DNA from: Candidatus Helarchaeota archaeon
Lineage (GTDB): Archaea; Asgardarchaeota; Lokiarchaeia; Helarchaeales; RDOG01
Assembly (NCBI GenBank): GCA_019058315.1
Contig: JAHPZH010000005.1
Coordinates: 160,001-224,000 of the forward strand
Direction of reading: 5' to 3'
Length of the DNA stretch: 64,000 bases
Made by a program: the position numbers and the translations under genes. Below are positions 40,140 through 50,996 of the stretch, piece after piece (positions within the stretch are counted from its first letter, which is position 1; the number at the start of each line of letters is the position of its first letter). Below the pieces are notes generated by a model. The model was not told the origin of the DNA. It saw only the letters and a list, made by a program, of their open reading frames with translations, and searched no databases.

Positions 40140-41483
40140 ATGATATACTTTTTTGGAGATGAATTTTTGCAATTAGAGGCTTTAGATGATTCAGAATTGA
40201 AACCAAAGAGGACAATTGTAGAAGCTTATAAAAGTATTCCTGATCATGTTTATACAAAGAAGTGGATTCCACTCATACCTCATATGCTTTGGTCATTGCA
40301 ATTTGTAGAGTATGATGATTTTGAACGTGACTTAAGAGATGGTATATCAGAAAGGGCAGGCCAAGCTATGGCTAATCGTATGGAGGAATTTAATGTGGAA
40401 GATTTTGATACTTCTTTTTTAACTTCTGCTGCTGATAATATAAAAAGAAAATCAGAAACAATGATTCCATGGGGTTTCCCGCCCAATATGACAATACGGG
40501 CAGATCTACACTCATCCAGTAGCATCATGATATATGGGCCCTCACACGATATTAGTTTCTGCGGTATCAATGATATAACTCGGGAAATCGAGTTTGCGTT
40601 CAATATTCACATGGAAAACGGAACCCCAGAAGATAGATGGTGGATCGCTGGTGATGATGAATTATTTAAAAGGAGACATATGAAATTAGGATATAAATTA
40701 AAAGAAATGCCTCAAAAATTCGACCATATTTCTGAGTCTGCTGCTAGGGTTCGGGATATAATGATGGATATTCGTAATGAGCGAACCCCTCAATATGCTC
40801 ATGCTTCCTATAGTGTGTGTTTTGTATTCATTGCTGTTGGGATCATAACACCTATTTCTAATTACGACGCATTAGGTCAACTTTGGGATGGCGTCAATGC
40901 TGAAAACATCTATGGTCTACCGCACCCCCTCTTCGGTTATGAGCCTTGGCCCTCTATGCTCAACACTATGTTTGGTCTTTCTCGCAAGGACTGGTGCATA
41001 GCATTATCAAGAATGTTATCTGGTAACTTACTTTACATGCAACCGTTTGGTACAGACATAATGAAAGAATTAAGATCACGGGCTCCAGAACAGTTTGATC
41101 GTATGTTAATAATGCTAAGCTATCAATTAAAGAAGCTTGGCATACCCCTACCCTCTCAAACGGCGAATGTTATCCCTCCAGAATATGATCCGGTAAGGGG
41201 GGAATGGAAGACTTTAGAATTTAAATATCCGCCTGGTCCTCGAGTATTTTATGAAGACTTAGATTTGAGCTTCGATGAAGCGACTCAGGGTGTGCTTTTT
41301 AATATAAATCATAAATCTAAAATCGATAAAGTCACTCGAGACCACATAATTTCAATAGGGCTGGGAGAAAATACAAAATACTTAAAACCCGAGGGTTGGA
41401 TGGAAGAGGAAAAGCGTAAAAGAAGAGCCAAGAAAAAAGTTAAGAAAATCCGAAAGGTCATAAAATATAAAAAGACACCCTAA
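40140..41483 (+). CDS. Uncharacterised expanded family, paralog C (subfamily II); true start probably the TTG near 40167
   Basis: LEALDDSELKPKRT, IRADLHSSSS, YGPSHDI, RRHMKLG, RNER.PQ, YEPWP, basic C-terminal tail. Confidence 0.85.
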   Translation: MIYFFGDEFLQLEALDDSELKPKRTIVEAYKSIPDHVYTKKWIPLIPHMLWSLQFVEYDDFERDLRDGISERAGQAMANRMEEFNVEDFDTSFLTSAADNIKRKSETMIPWGFPPNMTIRADLHSSSSIMIYGPSHDISFCGINDITREIEFAFNIHMENGTPEDRWWIAGDDELFKRRHMKLGYKLKEMPQKFDHISESAARVRDIMMDIRNERTPQYAHASYSVCFVFIAVGIITPISNYDALGQLWDGVNAENIYGLPHPLFGYEPWPSMLNTMFGLSRKDWCIALSRMLSGNLLYMQPFGTDIMKELRSRAPEQFDRMLIMLSYQLKKLGIPLPSQTANVIPPEYDPVRGEWKTLEFKYPPGPRVFYEDLDLSFDEATQGVLFNINHKSKIDKVTRDHIISIGLGENTKYLKPEGWMEEEKRKRRAKKKVKKIRKVIKYKKTP

Positions 41484-41522
41484 ATTTAAAAAAGATATCT
41501 CAACACATAGATTGGGTGGGAC

Positions 41523-41729
41523 TTACCTACATTTAATAATAGATTTTGAAATTTCAGGATAAAAAGCTTTATAACAATCTTTACAAAGATAAATTGGAAA
41601 TTTAAAACCATTAATTTTGAGAATTCCAGACTTTTTTATTTTTTTTGAACTGCAACAAGGACATAAAATTGGGGTTTTTTTATAATTAGGATCAGCATTT
41701 ATGTCGGAAATCAAACTGGAATTTGACAT
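41523..41729 (-). CDS. Small zinc-ribbon protein resembling IS1/IS1595-type ribbons
   Basis: CPCCSSKKIKKSG...YLCKDCYKAF. Confidence 0.55.
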   Translation of the reverse strand: MSNSSLISDINADPNYKKTPILCPCCSSKKIKKSGILKINGFKFPIYLCKDCYKAFYPEISKSIIKCR

Positions 41730-42053
41730 AATTCATTCCAAATTATTGATAGTATATAAATATTGTCATTACGATTATTTCAATTGAAAAAAATTGTCAA
41801 ATAATACGTAAAAAAAATTGATTTTGCGCCTAAATTTAGAAAATCAGCTTAAAATTGAAATAGACTCAAAAATATAGAAAGTTAATTACTATACTCAAAA
41901 ACCACAAAAATAATTTGCAATTCTAAAATTCGTGTAACTAATTTTAAGGTACTTACTTTTCCTAGTTCAATACTTTTAAATATTTACTCAAAAATATGAT
42001 TATAAGCTTAATTATATATAATTATGTAATAAAATACAGAAGGATAATAGAAT

Positions 42054-43643
42054 TTGAGAGAAAAATACATAATTTTGACTCTAGCTCTCTTTCTCATAAC
42101 AAGTTGTGTAGCTGTCAACTTACTCCAGAACACCAATATTGTGAGAATCCAAACTATTAATAACTCAGACCTCAGAATTTCCTCACACATCGTATTGCAA
42201 CCAAATGGAATTGCATTGATCGATGAAGTAAATGATCAAACAAGTATGCGAATTTGTACAGACGGTGCAGGAGGTGCTATCATAACTTGGCAAGATGATA
42301 GAGCTGGACTGGGAACTGGAGATGTATACGCTCAAAGATTTAATTCGACACATACTTACTGGACAACAAATGGGACCTTAGTTTGTAATGAAGAGAATCA
42401 ACAAGATTTCATAAGAATTATAAGTGACGGAAATAATGGAGCAATTATAGCTTGGAGAGACCAAAGAGGGGGATCACAACATTGCTATGCACAAAAAATC
42501 GATTCTGCTGGGAATAGTCAATGGACGGATAATGGAACTGCAGTGTGTATAAACCAAGCTATACTAACTAACCCACAAATGTGTGTAGATGGAGATGGTG
42601 GAGTAATTATTGTATGGAATGATGATCGTAATGGAAATCGCGATCTTTTTGCACAACGTATAAATTCAACTGGACAAGCAAATTGGACAGCAAATGGAGT
42701 TGATATCTGTAATGCAACAGGTGAGCAATCGGCCGTAGATATAATTCCAGATGGAAGTGGCGGAGCAATAATTGCTTGGAGCGACCGAAGAATGGGAGTC
42801 CTAGATTACGATATATATATCCAAAGAATCAATTCAACGGGACATATACAGTGGGCTAATAATGGAACCCCTATTTGTACAGCAGATAATCGACAATTTA
42901 CTCCGAATATATGTACTGATGGAGGAACTGGCGCAATCATAGCTTGGTATGATGAAAGAGATATCGAACGTGATGTTTATGTCCAAAAGATCGATTCAAA
43001 TGGCGTCCCTCAATGGGAAGCAAATGGTACATGTATCTCTAACATGACTGGTGATCAAACAAATACTAAAATGATATCGGATGGGCTCGGAGGTGCAATA
43101 ATCGTTTGGGAGGATACTAGAGGCGCTAATCAAGATATATATGCACAACGAATAAATGGAACTGGACATACACAGTGGACGAGTAATGGTACATTAATTG
43201 TTAGTGCAAGTGATGTTCAAGATAATATTGATCTATGTTCCAATGGTGCTAATGGAGCATTTATCGTTTGGGAAGATTCAAGGGGTGCATCTAATTCACA
43301 AATATGGGGGCAATTGATTTCTATGGATGGCACACTTATATGGTCAACTAGTGGAGCTCCCATCTGCACAGCTGGCGGAGAAAGTAGATATCCTAAAATA
43401 TGTAACAATGGAAGTACTGGAGCTATTGTTGCTTGGATTGACAGTAGAGGTGCTGACATAGATATCTATGTACAAATGTTAACAAATGATACTTATATGC
43501 CCTCAGTTGGAGGTACTAACCTGTTAGGAATGCTTTTATTGGGGATGCAACAACCATCAGACATAATTTTGCCAGTTGTAATAATAGTAATCGTGGTAGC
43601 TGTTGTAATTGTTATAGTAGTGTTCTATAGACAAAAAAAATAA
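42054..43643 (+). CDS. Secreted beta-propeller repeat protein with C-terminal membrane anchor
   Basis: Signal peptide; about 8 repeats of DG.GGAII.W.D.R....DIYAQRI...G...W..NG..IC; C-terminal GGTNLL, TM and RQKK. Confidence 0.88.
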   Translation: MREKYIILTLALFLITSCVAVNLLQNTNIVRIQTINNSDLRISSHIVLQPNGIALIDEVNDQTSMRICTDGAGGAIITWQDDRAGLGTGDVYAQRFNSTHTYWTTNGTLVCNEENQQDFIRIISDGNNGAIIAWRDQRGGSQHCYAQKIDSAGNSQWTDNGTAVCINQAILTNPQMCVDGDGGVIIVWNDDRNGNRDLFAQRINSTGQANWTANGVDICNATGEQSAVDIIPDGSGGAIIAWSDRRMGVLDYDIYIQRINSTGHIQWANNGTPICTADNRQFTPNICTDGGTGAIIAWYDERDIERDVYVQKIDSNGVPQWEANGTCISNMTGDQTNTKMISDGLGGAIIVWEDTRGANQDIYAQRINGTGHTQWTSNGTLIVSASDVQDNIDLCSNGANGAFIVWEDSRGASNSQIWGQLISMDGTLIWSTSGAPICTAGGESRYPKICNNGSTGAIVAWIDSRGADIDIYVQMLTNDTYMPSVGGTNLLGMLLLGMQQPSDIILPVVIIVIVVAVVIVIVVFYRQKK

Positions 43644-43738
43644 CTTTTTTTCCTTTTTTTTGATCAGAATAACTTTAAAAATTAATATTGAAGAAAGTAA
43701 GATCGAACCAAGGTCTAAATCTCTTAACAATTTTATAT

Positions 43739-45457
43739 TTACATCAATCTTTCGCGTACTAATATAACTATAATAAAACAAACGAGTGACATAACGCCAT
43801 ACAATCCAATCATCATAGATAAACCAAGGAGAGATCCATCTGTTGTTAGGCCGTAAAGGTATCCTATAAGGATAAATGAAGCGAAAGCAATAAGATAGAG
43901 ATAATATTTTTCGTAATATCTTTTACCGTGAGTTTCCTCCGCCTTTTTCGTATAAACCTCAGTAACAACGATTTCTTCTAATTCTCTACCTTTACTTTCT
44001 GGAGATAGGAGGTGGATTGTAAAAGCTGCAGTTAGTATAGCTAATAGCATCAAAAAAAACATATATTGATAAGAGAGGTTCAGTCCACCGACTTGTTCAG
44101 CCCCAAACATCAAGAAAAAAGGGACAAGTATAACGGCACCTCGTTGCACGGCGTTTATCCAACCCATGGCAGTGCTTCTAATATGAGTTGGTAACATTTC
44201 TAAAGGAATTAATATCGTTCCAGAACTTATCAATACCAGAGAAAAAACACCTATGGATCCACCAATTACCGAAAGAGTTTGAAGGATAACATCGGGTTCA
44301 CCAGCGATAAAAATCGCAGGAAAAGCATAAAAAATACTCCCAATGATGAGCAGATAGTTAAAGAGCCTAATAACAGGTAACCTGCCGTAGCGGTCAAATA
44401 AAGGACCTGCAAAGACCGCCCCAAGACCCGCTGATCCCGCAATTGGCATCGTAAGAAACCCAATTAATTCCTGAGACATCTTAAGTTCGCGTGCAAAATA
44501 GAGGCCAAAAAAGGTTATTTGACCGAAATATACTAACTGAATTAAAAAGCCTGCAACGCACCCTAATATCATAGGTCTGGCAAATTTCTTTTGTAGGGGA
44601 ACAAACCAGCCAGTTTTTTGCTGTAATCCTCTTTTTTTTCGCCATTGTTCATATTGTTTCATGGCTTTGAACCGTTTAGTTTCTTTTAAGAAGAAGAAGA
44701 GAGGAATTATAAAGATAATGCCTACGATATTTAAGAAGTAAAGCGATTGCCAGTTTGACATATATGTCCCTCCGGGTAAGGGAACCTTTATACCTAACAT
44801 CTGGATTAATCCACAAGCCATTCCACCAAAAGCTGTCATACTTAACACAACCCCTACTAGTCTCCCTCGTAAATGATCGGGGGCTTCTTCTGCCATGATT
44901 ATAACAACAATATCCCCAGATAGAAAAAAGTTAGCAAATAATCGAAAGATTAGAAAATAACCCAGCCCATTGGGACCTGGCGGAGATAATGAGGTCAGGA
45001 CTGCGAATGATATAAAACCTATTGCAGTAAAAATTGTTAATGGTCTGCGTCCAAACTTGTCAACCAAATATTTAAAAGAAACTGCAAGAACAACCCCAAT
45101 TCCTGCAAAACTCAATATCATTCCAAGCACAAGAGGACTGTCTGAAACTCCAAAATAGGAAAATAAATCGGGATCTTGTGCAATCAATTGCTGAAAGAAA
45201 CGAAGTAGACGGGATTGTCCAAATCCAGAAATAGCCAACATGATGGCAATTGTTCCCCAACCGTCGAAAAATGTAACTATATTGGCGAATATAAGGACAA
45301 ACCAAAGATACTTTGTCATTTTTGTAGGAAATCCTGCTTCTGCTTTCTTTTTATCGCGGATTTTCTTGCGTTCTTCCTTAGATAATTTCTTAGAGACTTC
45401 AATGTTAGATTTTTCAACTTCTTCCTTAGAGTTCAACTCTAGATTTCTTTCTGCCAT
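43739..45457 (-). CDS. MFS transporter, tandem paralog 4
   Basis: VDKFGRRP, AEEAPDHLRG, DRYGR, EMLPTHIRST, PESKG. Confidence 0.9.
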   Translation of the reverse strand: MAERNLELNSKEEVEKSNIEVSKKLSKEERKKIRDKKKAEAGFPTKMTKYLWFVLIFANIVTFFDGWGTIAIMLAISGFGQSRLLRFFQQLIAQDPDLFSYFGVSDSPLVLGMILSFAGIGVVLAVSFKYLVDKFGRRPLTIFTAIGFISFAVLTSLSPPGPNGLGYFLIFRLFANFFLSGDIVVIIMAEEAPDHLRGRLVGVVLSMTAFGGMACGLIQMLGIKVPLPGGTYMSNWQSLYFLNIVGIIFIIPLFFFLKETKRFKAMKQYEQWRKKRGLQQKTGWFVPLQKKFARPMILGCVAGFLIQLVYFGQITFFGLYFARELKMSQELIGFLTMPIAGSAGLGAVFAGPLFDRYGRLPVIRLFNYLLIIGSIFYAFPAIFIAGEPDVILQTLSVIGGSIGVFSLVLISSGTILIPLEMLPTHIRSTAMGWINAVQRGAVILVPFFLMFGAEQVGGLNLSYQYMFFLMLLAILTAAFTIHLLSPESKGRELEEIVVTEVYTKKAEETHGKRYYEKYYLYLIAFASFILIGYLYGLTTDGSLLGLSMMIGLYGVMSLVCFIIVILVRERLM

Positions 45458-45560
45458 CCCAAACCTACCTCTTAATATTAAATGAATCTTGTGAAATATA
45501 ATTAATGTCTATATAATTTTATTTATAGAAACGAGAAATAGGGGTTTGAAAAAAAATATG

Positions 45561-47309
45561 CTACATAATTTTTTCTCGCACATAGTAGATTAATAAGAAA
45601 GCAATGAATGACAACAGAGAATAAAATGCAACCATATAAGCTACATTAGGGAGAGGTACATTAGTGGTCTGTCCATAAAGAAAACCAAGACCAATAAATG
45701 CGCAGATGGAGATTAAGTATAGGTGATATTTTTCTTTATATTTTTCATCACGGGCTTTTTCTTTTTTAGTATAGACCTCTGTTGACACTATTTCTTCTAG
45801 CGTTCTGCCTTTACTTTCAGGAGCAAGGATATATATTGTAAAGATCGCTGTCAAGAAAGCTATAAACTGAAGGACGAACATAAACTGATATGAAAGTCCT
45901 AAACCTCCCAATTCTTCTGCACCGAACATTATAAGGAATGGAGCAAGGACCATAGCACCTCTAGTTATTGCGTTTACCCAACCCATGGCTGTGCTTCGGA
46001 TATGAGTTGGAATCATCTCTAATGGTATTATCATACCGCCAGCACTTACAATAACAAGACCAAAGACACCTATCATTCCACCCATTACAACAAGAGCTTG
46101 TAAGAGTGGGTTAGGTATGTCAGCAACAACAAAAACTGTAGGAAATGAAAATAAAGTACCTCCAACGAAAGTAACATAACTAAAGATTCTTACCGTTTTG
46201 ATCCTTCCCCAACGATCCATCAAAGGACCAGCTAAAAATGCGGCAATTCCTCCAGTTGCAACAATTGGAACAGATACAAGCCCTATTAATTCCTGGGACA
46301 TTTTTAATTCTTTGGCGAAATAAAGTCCGAAAAATGTTACTTGAGCAAAAAAGACTAATTGGAGTAAAAAGCCTGCTAAACAACCCAATAACATTGGACG
46401 TGCATACTTCTTTTTTAGGGGAGTAAACCATCCTACTTTTGAATCTAAACCTTTTTTCTTACGCCAATCCTCATACCTTTTCATAGCCTTAAATCTTTTA
46501 GTTTCTTTTAAGAGAAAAAACATTGGAACTATAAAAGCAAATCCGATAATGTTCAAAAAATAAAGGGATTGCCATACCGTCATAGTTGATCCCCACGCAA
46601 AATCAAATCCCCAAGGATTGGGAATTGGAGCTCTAATCTTAAGTGTCTGAATTACTCCGCAAGCTACACCTCCGAAAGAGCTCATTGCAACTACTATACC
46701 GATTAAACGACCTCTTAAATGGTCTGGAGCTTCTTCAGCTATTATAATCACTACAATATCTCCAGAGAGAAAGTAATTTGCTACCAATCGGACTATCAGA
46801 AAATAAATCAAGCCGCCAGGACCGGGGGGAGAGAATGCAGTTAAAACTGCAAAAACCACGAATCCAACGGCAGTAATAAGGGTTAAAGGCCTTCGACCAT
46901 ATTTATCAACTAAAAATTTAAAAGATACTGCAAGTATTACTCCAGAACCTGCAATACTAAGAATCATTCCTAAGACAATAGGACTGTTTGAAACACCAAA
47001 ATATGTAAATAAATCCGGGTTTCCTATCTGCTGGAGGGAGCGGAGAATATTAGTTTCTCCAAACCCCGACATCGCTAGCATAATTGCTATCGTACCCCAA
47101 CCGTCGAAAAAAGACACAATATTTGCAAAAATAAGGACAAACCAAAGATATCTTGTCATCTTACTAGGAATGCTTGTTTCTGCTTTTCTTTTTTCACGAA
47201 TTTTTCTGCGTTCTTCTTTTGAAAGTTTTTTGGGAGTTATATCACTGGTTTCTTCCGATTCAATACTGAAGTTAGGCTCTTTAATTTCTTCCATTATTTT
47301 GAACTCCAT
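45561..47309 (-). CDS. MFS transporter, tandem paralog 3
   Basis: VDKYGRRP, AEEAPDHLRG, DRWGR, EMIPTHIRST, PESKG. Confidence 0.9.
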   Translation of the reverse strand: MEFKIMEEIKEPNFSIESEETSDITPKKLSKEERRKIREKRKAETSIPSKMTRYLWFVLIFANIVSFFDGWGTIAIMLAMSGFGETNILRSLQQIGNPDLFTYFGVSNSPIVLGMILSIAGSGVILAVSFKFLVDKYGRRPLTLITAVGFVVFAVLTAFSPPGPGGLIYFLIVRLVANYFLSGDIVVIIIAEEAPDHLRGRLIGIVVAMSSFGGVACGVIQTLKIRAPIPNPWGFDFAWGSTMTVWQSLYFLNIIGFAFIVPMFFLLKETKRFKAMKRYEDWRKKKGLDSKVGWFTPLKKKYARPMLLGCLAGFLLQLVFFAQVTFFGLYFAKELKMSQELIGLVSVPIVATGGIAAFLAGPLMDRWGRIKTVRIFSYVTFVGGTLFSFPTVFVVADIPNPLLQALVVMGGMIGVFGLVIVSAGGMIIPLEMIPTHIRSTAMGWVNAITRGAMVLAPFLIMFGAEELGGLGLSYQFMFVLQFIAFLTAIFTIYILAPESKGRTLEEIVSTEVYTKKEKARDEKYKEKYHLYLISICAFIGLGFLYGQTTNVPLPNVAYMVAFYSLLSFIAFLLIYYVREKIM

Positions 47310-47455
47310 AATATCATATTCAAAATACCCTCAAAAAATGCTGAATCTTTATTGATTTTTCATGAAAAATGATTAGTAACAATCCAATTTTTTCCTTTAA
47401 AGAGAAATTTCTCTTAAATAACCCAAATGGGTAAGAATTTTGAAAGATTAATTCT

Positions 47456-49189
47456 TTACATAAATTTTTTTCTGACTATAAATACAACTAAAATCCCGAT
47501 GACTGAAAGTAGAGTATAGAATCCAAGCATTATCATCATATTGAAAATAGGTGCACCGCTGGTTTGATAGTAGAGGAAACATAAAGCCACGAATGAAGAG
47601 ATATAAATTGTCCAATATAGATATGGTTTATTATCTATCTTTTTTACTTCTTCTTTTCTCTCAGCATAGACTTCAGTAGCAACTATCTCTTCTAGATCTC
47701 TACCTTTAGTTTCTGGAGCTAACATTAAAACTACATAGATTGCGGTAAAGAAAATCATATCCATAAAAATGAACATAAACTGATAAGATAAACCTAAACC
47801 ACCCAATGTTTCCGCCCCGAACATCATTAAGAACGGTGTTAGTATCATTGCTCCCCGAGTTACGGAACTAGTCCAACCCATGGCTGTACTTCGAATATGT
47901 GTCGGCATCATTTCTAAAGGAAGTAGTGTTACTCCAGTAGTTACTATATATAGACCCAACGCACCCAAACAATCACCTAATACAACAATTGCTTGTAGAA
48001 CTGGGTTTGGTATATCTCCAAGAACAAATACACCAGGAACAGAAATTAAGGTACCTCCAACGAGAGTGATCATAGAAAAGAATTTAATAGTCGGCAATCT
48101 TCCGAAGCGATCCATTAAAGGTCCAGCAGTAAGTGTACCAGCTCCAGCAGATATCATAATTGGAAGTGTAACTAGCCCAATTAATTTTGGAGACATTTTC
48201 ATTTGTTTAGCGAGATAATAACCAAAAAATGTTACTTGAGCATATGTGATGACCATAACCAAAAATCCCGCTATCATACCTAATGCCATTGGACGTAGAT
48301 ATTTCCTTTGTAAGGGTACACTCCATCCAGTCTTTGCTTTTAATCCTCTTTTCTTTCGCCATTCTTCATATTTTTGCATGGCTTTAAACCGCTTAGTTTC
48401 TTTTAAGAAGAAGAAAAGAGGAATTATTAATATGAAGCCTATAATATTCATAAAGTATAAGCTCTGCCAGACGGTCAAATAAGCTCCAAAAATACGAACT
48501 CTTATCCCAAATAGCTGCATTATACCACATGCAAATCCTCCCAAATTACTCAATGCCATTACGATTCCTGTTAGACGCCCCCTTAAGTGGTCTGGAGATT
48601 CCTCCGCCATTATTATAACTACTACATCTGCGGAAAGAAAATAATTTGCTAACATTCTGACAATTAAAAAATAGATTAATCCCGGTGAACCAGGGGGAGA
48701 AAATGCAGTTAGAAAAGCAAATGTCATAAATGCAACAGCAGTGACAAGAGTTAGAGGTCTGCGACCAAATTTATCAACCAAAAATTTAAAAGAAACTGCA
48801 GCAACAACTCCTATCCCTGCGATACTGAGAATTATACCCATTACAACGGGTTGGTTTGAAATATTAAAATATGTGAAAAGATCAAAATCCCCTGTAATAA
48901 ATTGGCGAAAAGCATTTTGAAGATTAAGAGGACTCCCCCAACCGCTCATGGCTAGCATAATAGCAGTTGTGCCCCATCCATCAAAGAAGGAAACAATATT
49001 TGAGAATATTAGTAGAAACCATAAATATCCAGTCATCTTGGTTGGAAACCCTGACTCCGCTTTCTTTTTTTCGCGGATTTTTCTACGTTCTTCTCTTGAT
49101 AAATTATTGGAAATCTCTTCTTTTACCTTTTTTGCTTCAACCTCAGACGAGGGATTTTCAAAGTTTTCTTCCATCTCCAAAACTCCCAA
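47456..49189 (-). CDS. MFS transporter, tandem paralog 2
   Basis: VDKFGRRP, AEESPDHLRG, DRFGR, EMMPTHIRST, PETKG. Confidence 0.9.
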   Translation of the reverse strand: MGVLEMEENFENPSSEVEAKKVKEEISNNLSREERRKIREKKKAESGFPTKMTGYLWFLLIFSNIVSFFDGWGTTAIMLAMSGWGSPLNLQNAFRQFITGDFDLFTYFNISNQPVVMGIILSIAGIGVVAAVSFKFLVDKFGRRPLTLVTAVAFMTFAFLTAFSPPGSPGLIYFLIVRMLANYFLSADVVVIIMAEESPDHLRGRLTGIVMALSNLGGFACGIMQLFGIRVRIFGAYLTVWQSLYFMNIIGFILIIPLFFFLKETKRFKAMQKYEEWRKKRGLKAKTGWSVPLQRKYLRPMALGMIAGFLVMVITYAQVTFFGYYLAKQMKMSPKLIGLVTLPIMISAGAGTLTAGPLMDRFGRLPTIKFFSMITLVGGTLISVPGVFVLGDIPNPVLQAIVVLGDCLGALGLYIVTTGVTLLPLEMMPTHIRSTAMGWTSSVTRGAMILTPFLMMFGAETLGGLGLSYQFMFIFMDMIFFTAIYVVLMLAPETKGRDLEEIVATEVYAERKEEVKKIDNKPYLYWTIYISSFVALCFLYYQTSGAPIFNMMIMLGFYTLLSVIGILVVFIVRKKFM

Positions 49190-49259
49190 AAAAATTAGTA
49201 ATATATTATTTACAATATCCTTTATTTATACTTGATCTAATTCAAAAATTTTGATAAAT

Positions 49260-50996
49260 TCACATATAATGCTTTTTTATATAATAAACGAGAATAAAAC
49301 CAGCAAGAGATAGTATAGTATAAAATCCAAGCATTATTATCATATTACCAAGAGTTGCCTTAGTGGTCTGGACGTATAAGAATGATAATAGCATAAATGA
49401 AGCGATATATATTAAATATAATATGTATGACTCCTTTTTCATCTCTTTGTGAATTTTCTCTCTTCCGGCATAAACTTCGGTTGCAACAATTTCTTCTAAT
49501 GCTCTTCCCTTGCTTTCCGGTGCGAGCATATAGATCACGTAAACTGCCGTAAAAAAAATCATATCCATAAAAATAAACATGAAATGGTAGGTAAGTCCTA
49601 ATCCTCCTACTTCTTCTGCCCCAAACATCATTAAGAAGGGTGTTAATATCATTGCTCCTCTAGTTATAGCGCTAATCCACCCCATTGCAGTGCTTCTAAT
49701 GTGAGTTGGGAACATTTCCACAGGAAGTATCATCACTCCAGCAACTGTAATCACAAGACCAAAAATACCGAGGCAATCTCCAACAACTACTATGGCTTGC
49801 AAAACGGGATTTGGAATGTCTCCGACGACGAAAACAGCGGGAGCTGATATTAGGGTACCTCCAAGGAGAGTAATATAAGAGGCAATTCGAATGGTGGGCA
49901 ACCTTCCCCAACGATCCATAAAACTACCAACCAGCATAATTCCGAGAGCTGCGGCTAGCAAGATTGGAAGAGTAACTATCCCAAGTAATTCTTGGGACAT
50001 CTTCATTTGCTTAGTTAAATAAAGTCCAAAAAACATTACTTGCGCAGAATAAATGACTTGAAATAAAAACCCTCCAAGCATACCGAGTGCCATTGGACGG
50101 AGATATCTCTTTTGTAGAGGGGCAAACCAGGTGGTTTTTGGCTTTAATCCTTTTTTTACTCGCCAATCTTCATACTTTTTCATAGCTTCAAACCGTTTTG
50201 TCTCTTTTAACCAGAAGAATAGCGGAATTATAAGAACGAATCCTATAATATTGATGAAATAGAGACTTTGCCACACACTCATGGACCCTAACCAATTTAA
50301 ACTAAAACCCCATGGATTTGGAATAGGAACTCTTATCTTTAACGTCTGAATTATTCCACAAGCGAATCCGCCTATAGAGCTCATTCCCATGACGACACCC
50401 ATTAAACGGGCTCTTAAATGGTCCGGAGATTCTTCTGCGATAATTATCACGACGACATCACCTGATAGGAAATAATTTGCCAATATTCGGAAAATAAGAA
50501 AAAATAGTAGACCCTCTGGACCGGGAGGAGAAAATGAAGTAGCTAGTGCACATAAAAGAAATGCAATCGCAGTATAAAGGGTAAGTGGGCGGCGTCCGAA
50601 TTTGTCTACTAGATATTTAAAAGAAACTGCAGCGACGACTCCCGTTCCGGCAATACTTAAGACTATCCCCATAATGACGGGGGTGTTTGAAAGACCGAAA
50701 TACGTGAAAAGGTCAGGGTTACCAATTTGTTGAAAATTTCGGAGGAGATTGGTCTGCCCCCAGCCAGCCATTGCGAGCATGATAGCGATAGAACCCCAGC
50801 CATCGAAGAATGAAACTATATTTGCGAAGATAAGTACAAACCATAAGTATCCAGTCATTTTGATTGGAAATCCAGACCTTGCTCTTCTTTCTTCCCGTCT
50901 TTTCTTCCTTTCTGGGCTAATTGGTTTTTTAATAGTATTTTTACCGGCTTCTATTATCTCCTTTTTAGAATCCGGCTTATTACTTATTTCAACCAT
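49260..50996 (-). CDS. MFS transporter, tandem paralog 1
   Basis: VDKFGRRP, AEESPDHLR, DRWGR, EMFPTHIRST, PESKG. Confidence 0.9.
   Translation of the reverse strand: MVEISNKPDSKKEIIEAGKNTIKKPISPERKKRREERRARSGFPIKMTGYLWFVLIFANIVSFFDGWGSIAIMLAMAGWGQTNLLRNFQQIGNPDLFTYFGLSNTPVIMGIVLSIAGTGVVAAVSFKYLVDKFGRRPLTLYTAIAFLLCALATSFSPPGPEGLLFFLIFRILANYFLSGDVVVIIIAEESPDHLRARLMGVVMGMSSIGGFACGIIQTLKIRVPIPNPWGFSLNWLGSMSVWQSLYFINIIGFVLIIPLFFWLKETKRFEAMKKYEDWRVKKGLKPKTTWFAPLQKRYLRPMALGMLGGFLFQVIYSAQVMFFGLYLTKQMKMSQELLGIVTLPILLAAALGIMLVGSFMDRWGRLPTIRIASYITLLGGTLISAPAVFVVGDIPNPVLQAIVVVGDCLGIFGLVITVAGVMILPVEMFPTHIRSTAMGWISAITRGAMILTPFLMMFGAEEVGGLGLTYHFMFIFMDMIFFTAVYVIYMLAPESKGRALEEIVATEVYAGREKIHKEMKKESYILYLIYIASFMLLSFLYVQTTKATLGNMIIMLGFYTILSLAGFILVYYIKKHYM

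Noticed and set aside
42250-43480. Periodic nucleotide similarity as a CRISPR or DNA repeat array
   Set aside because: The periodicity is explained by degenerate protein-level beta-propeller repeats; there are no identical repeats with unique spacers.
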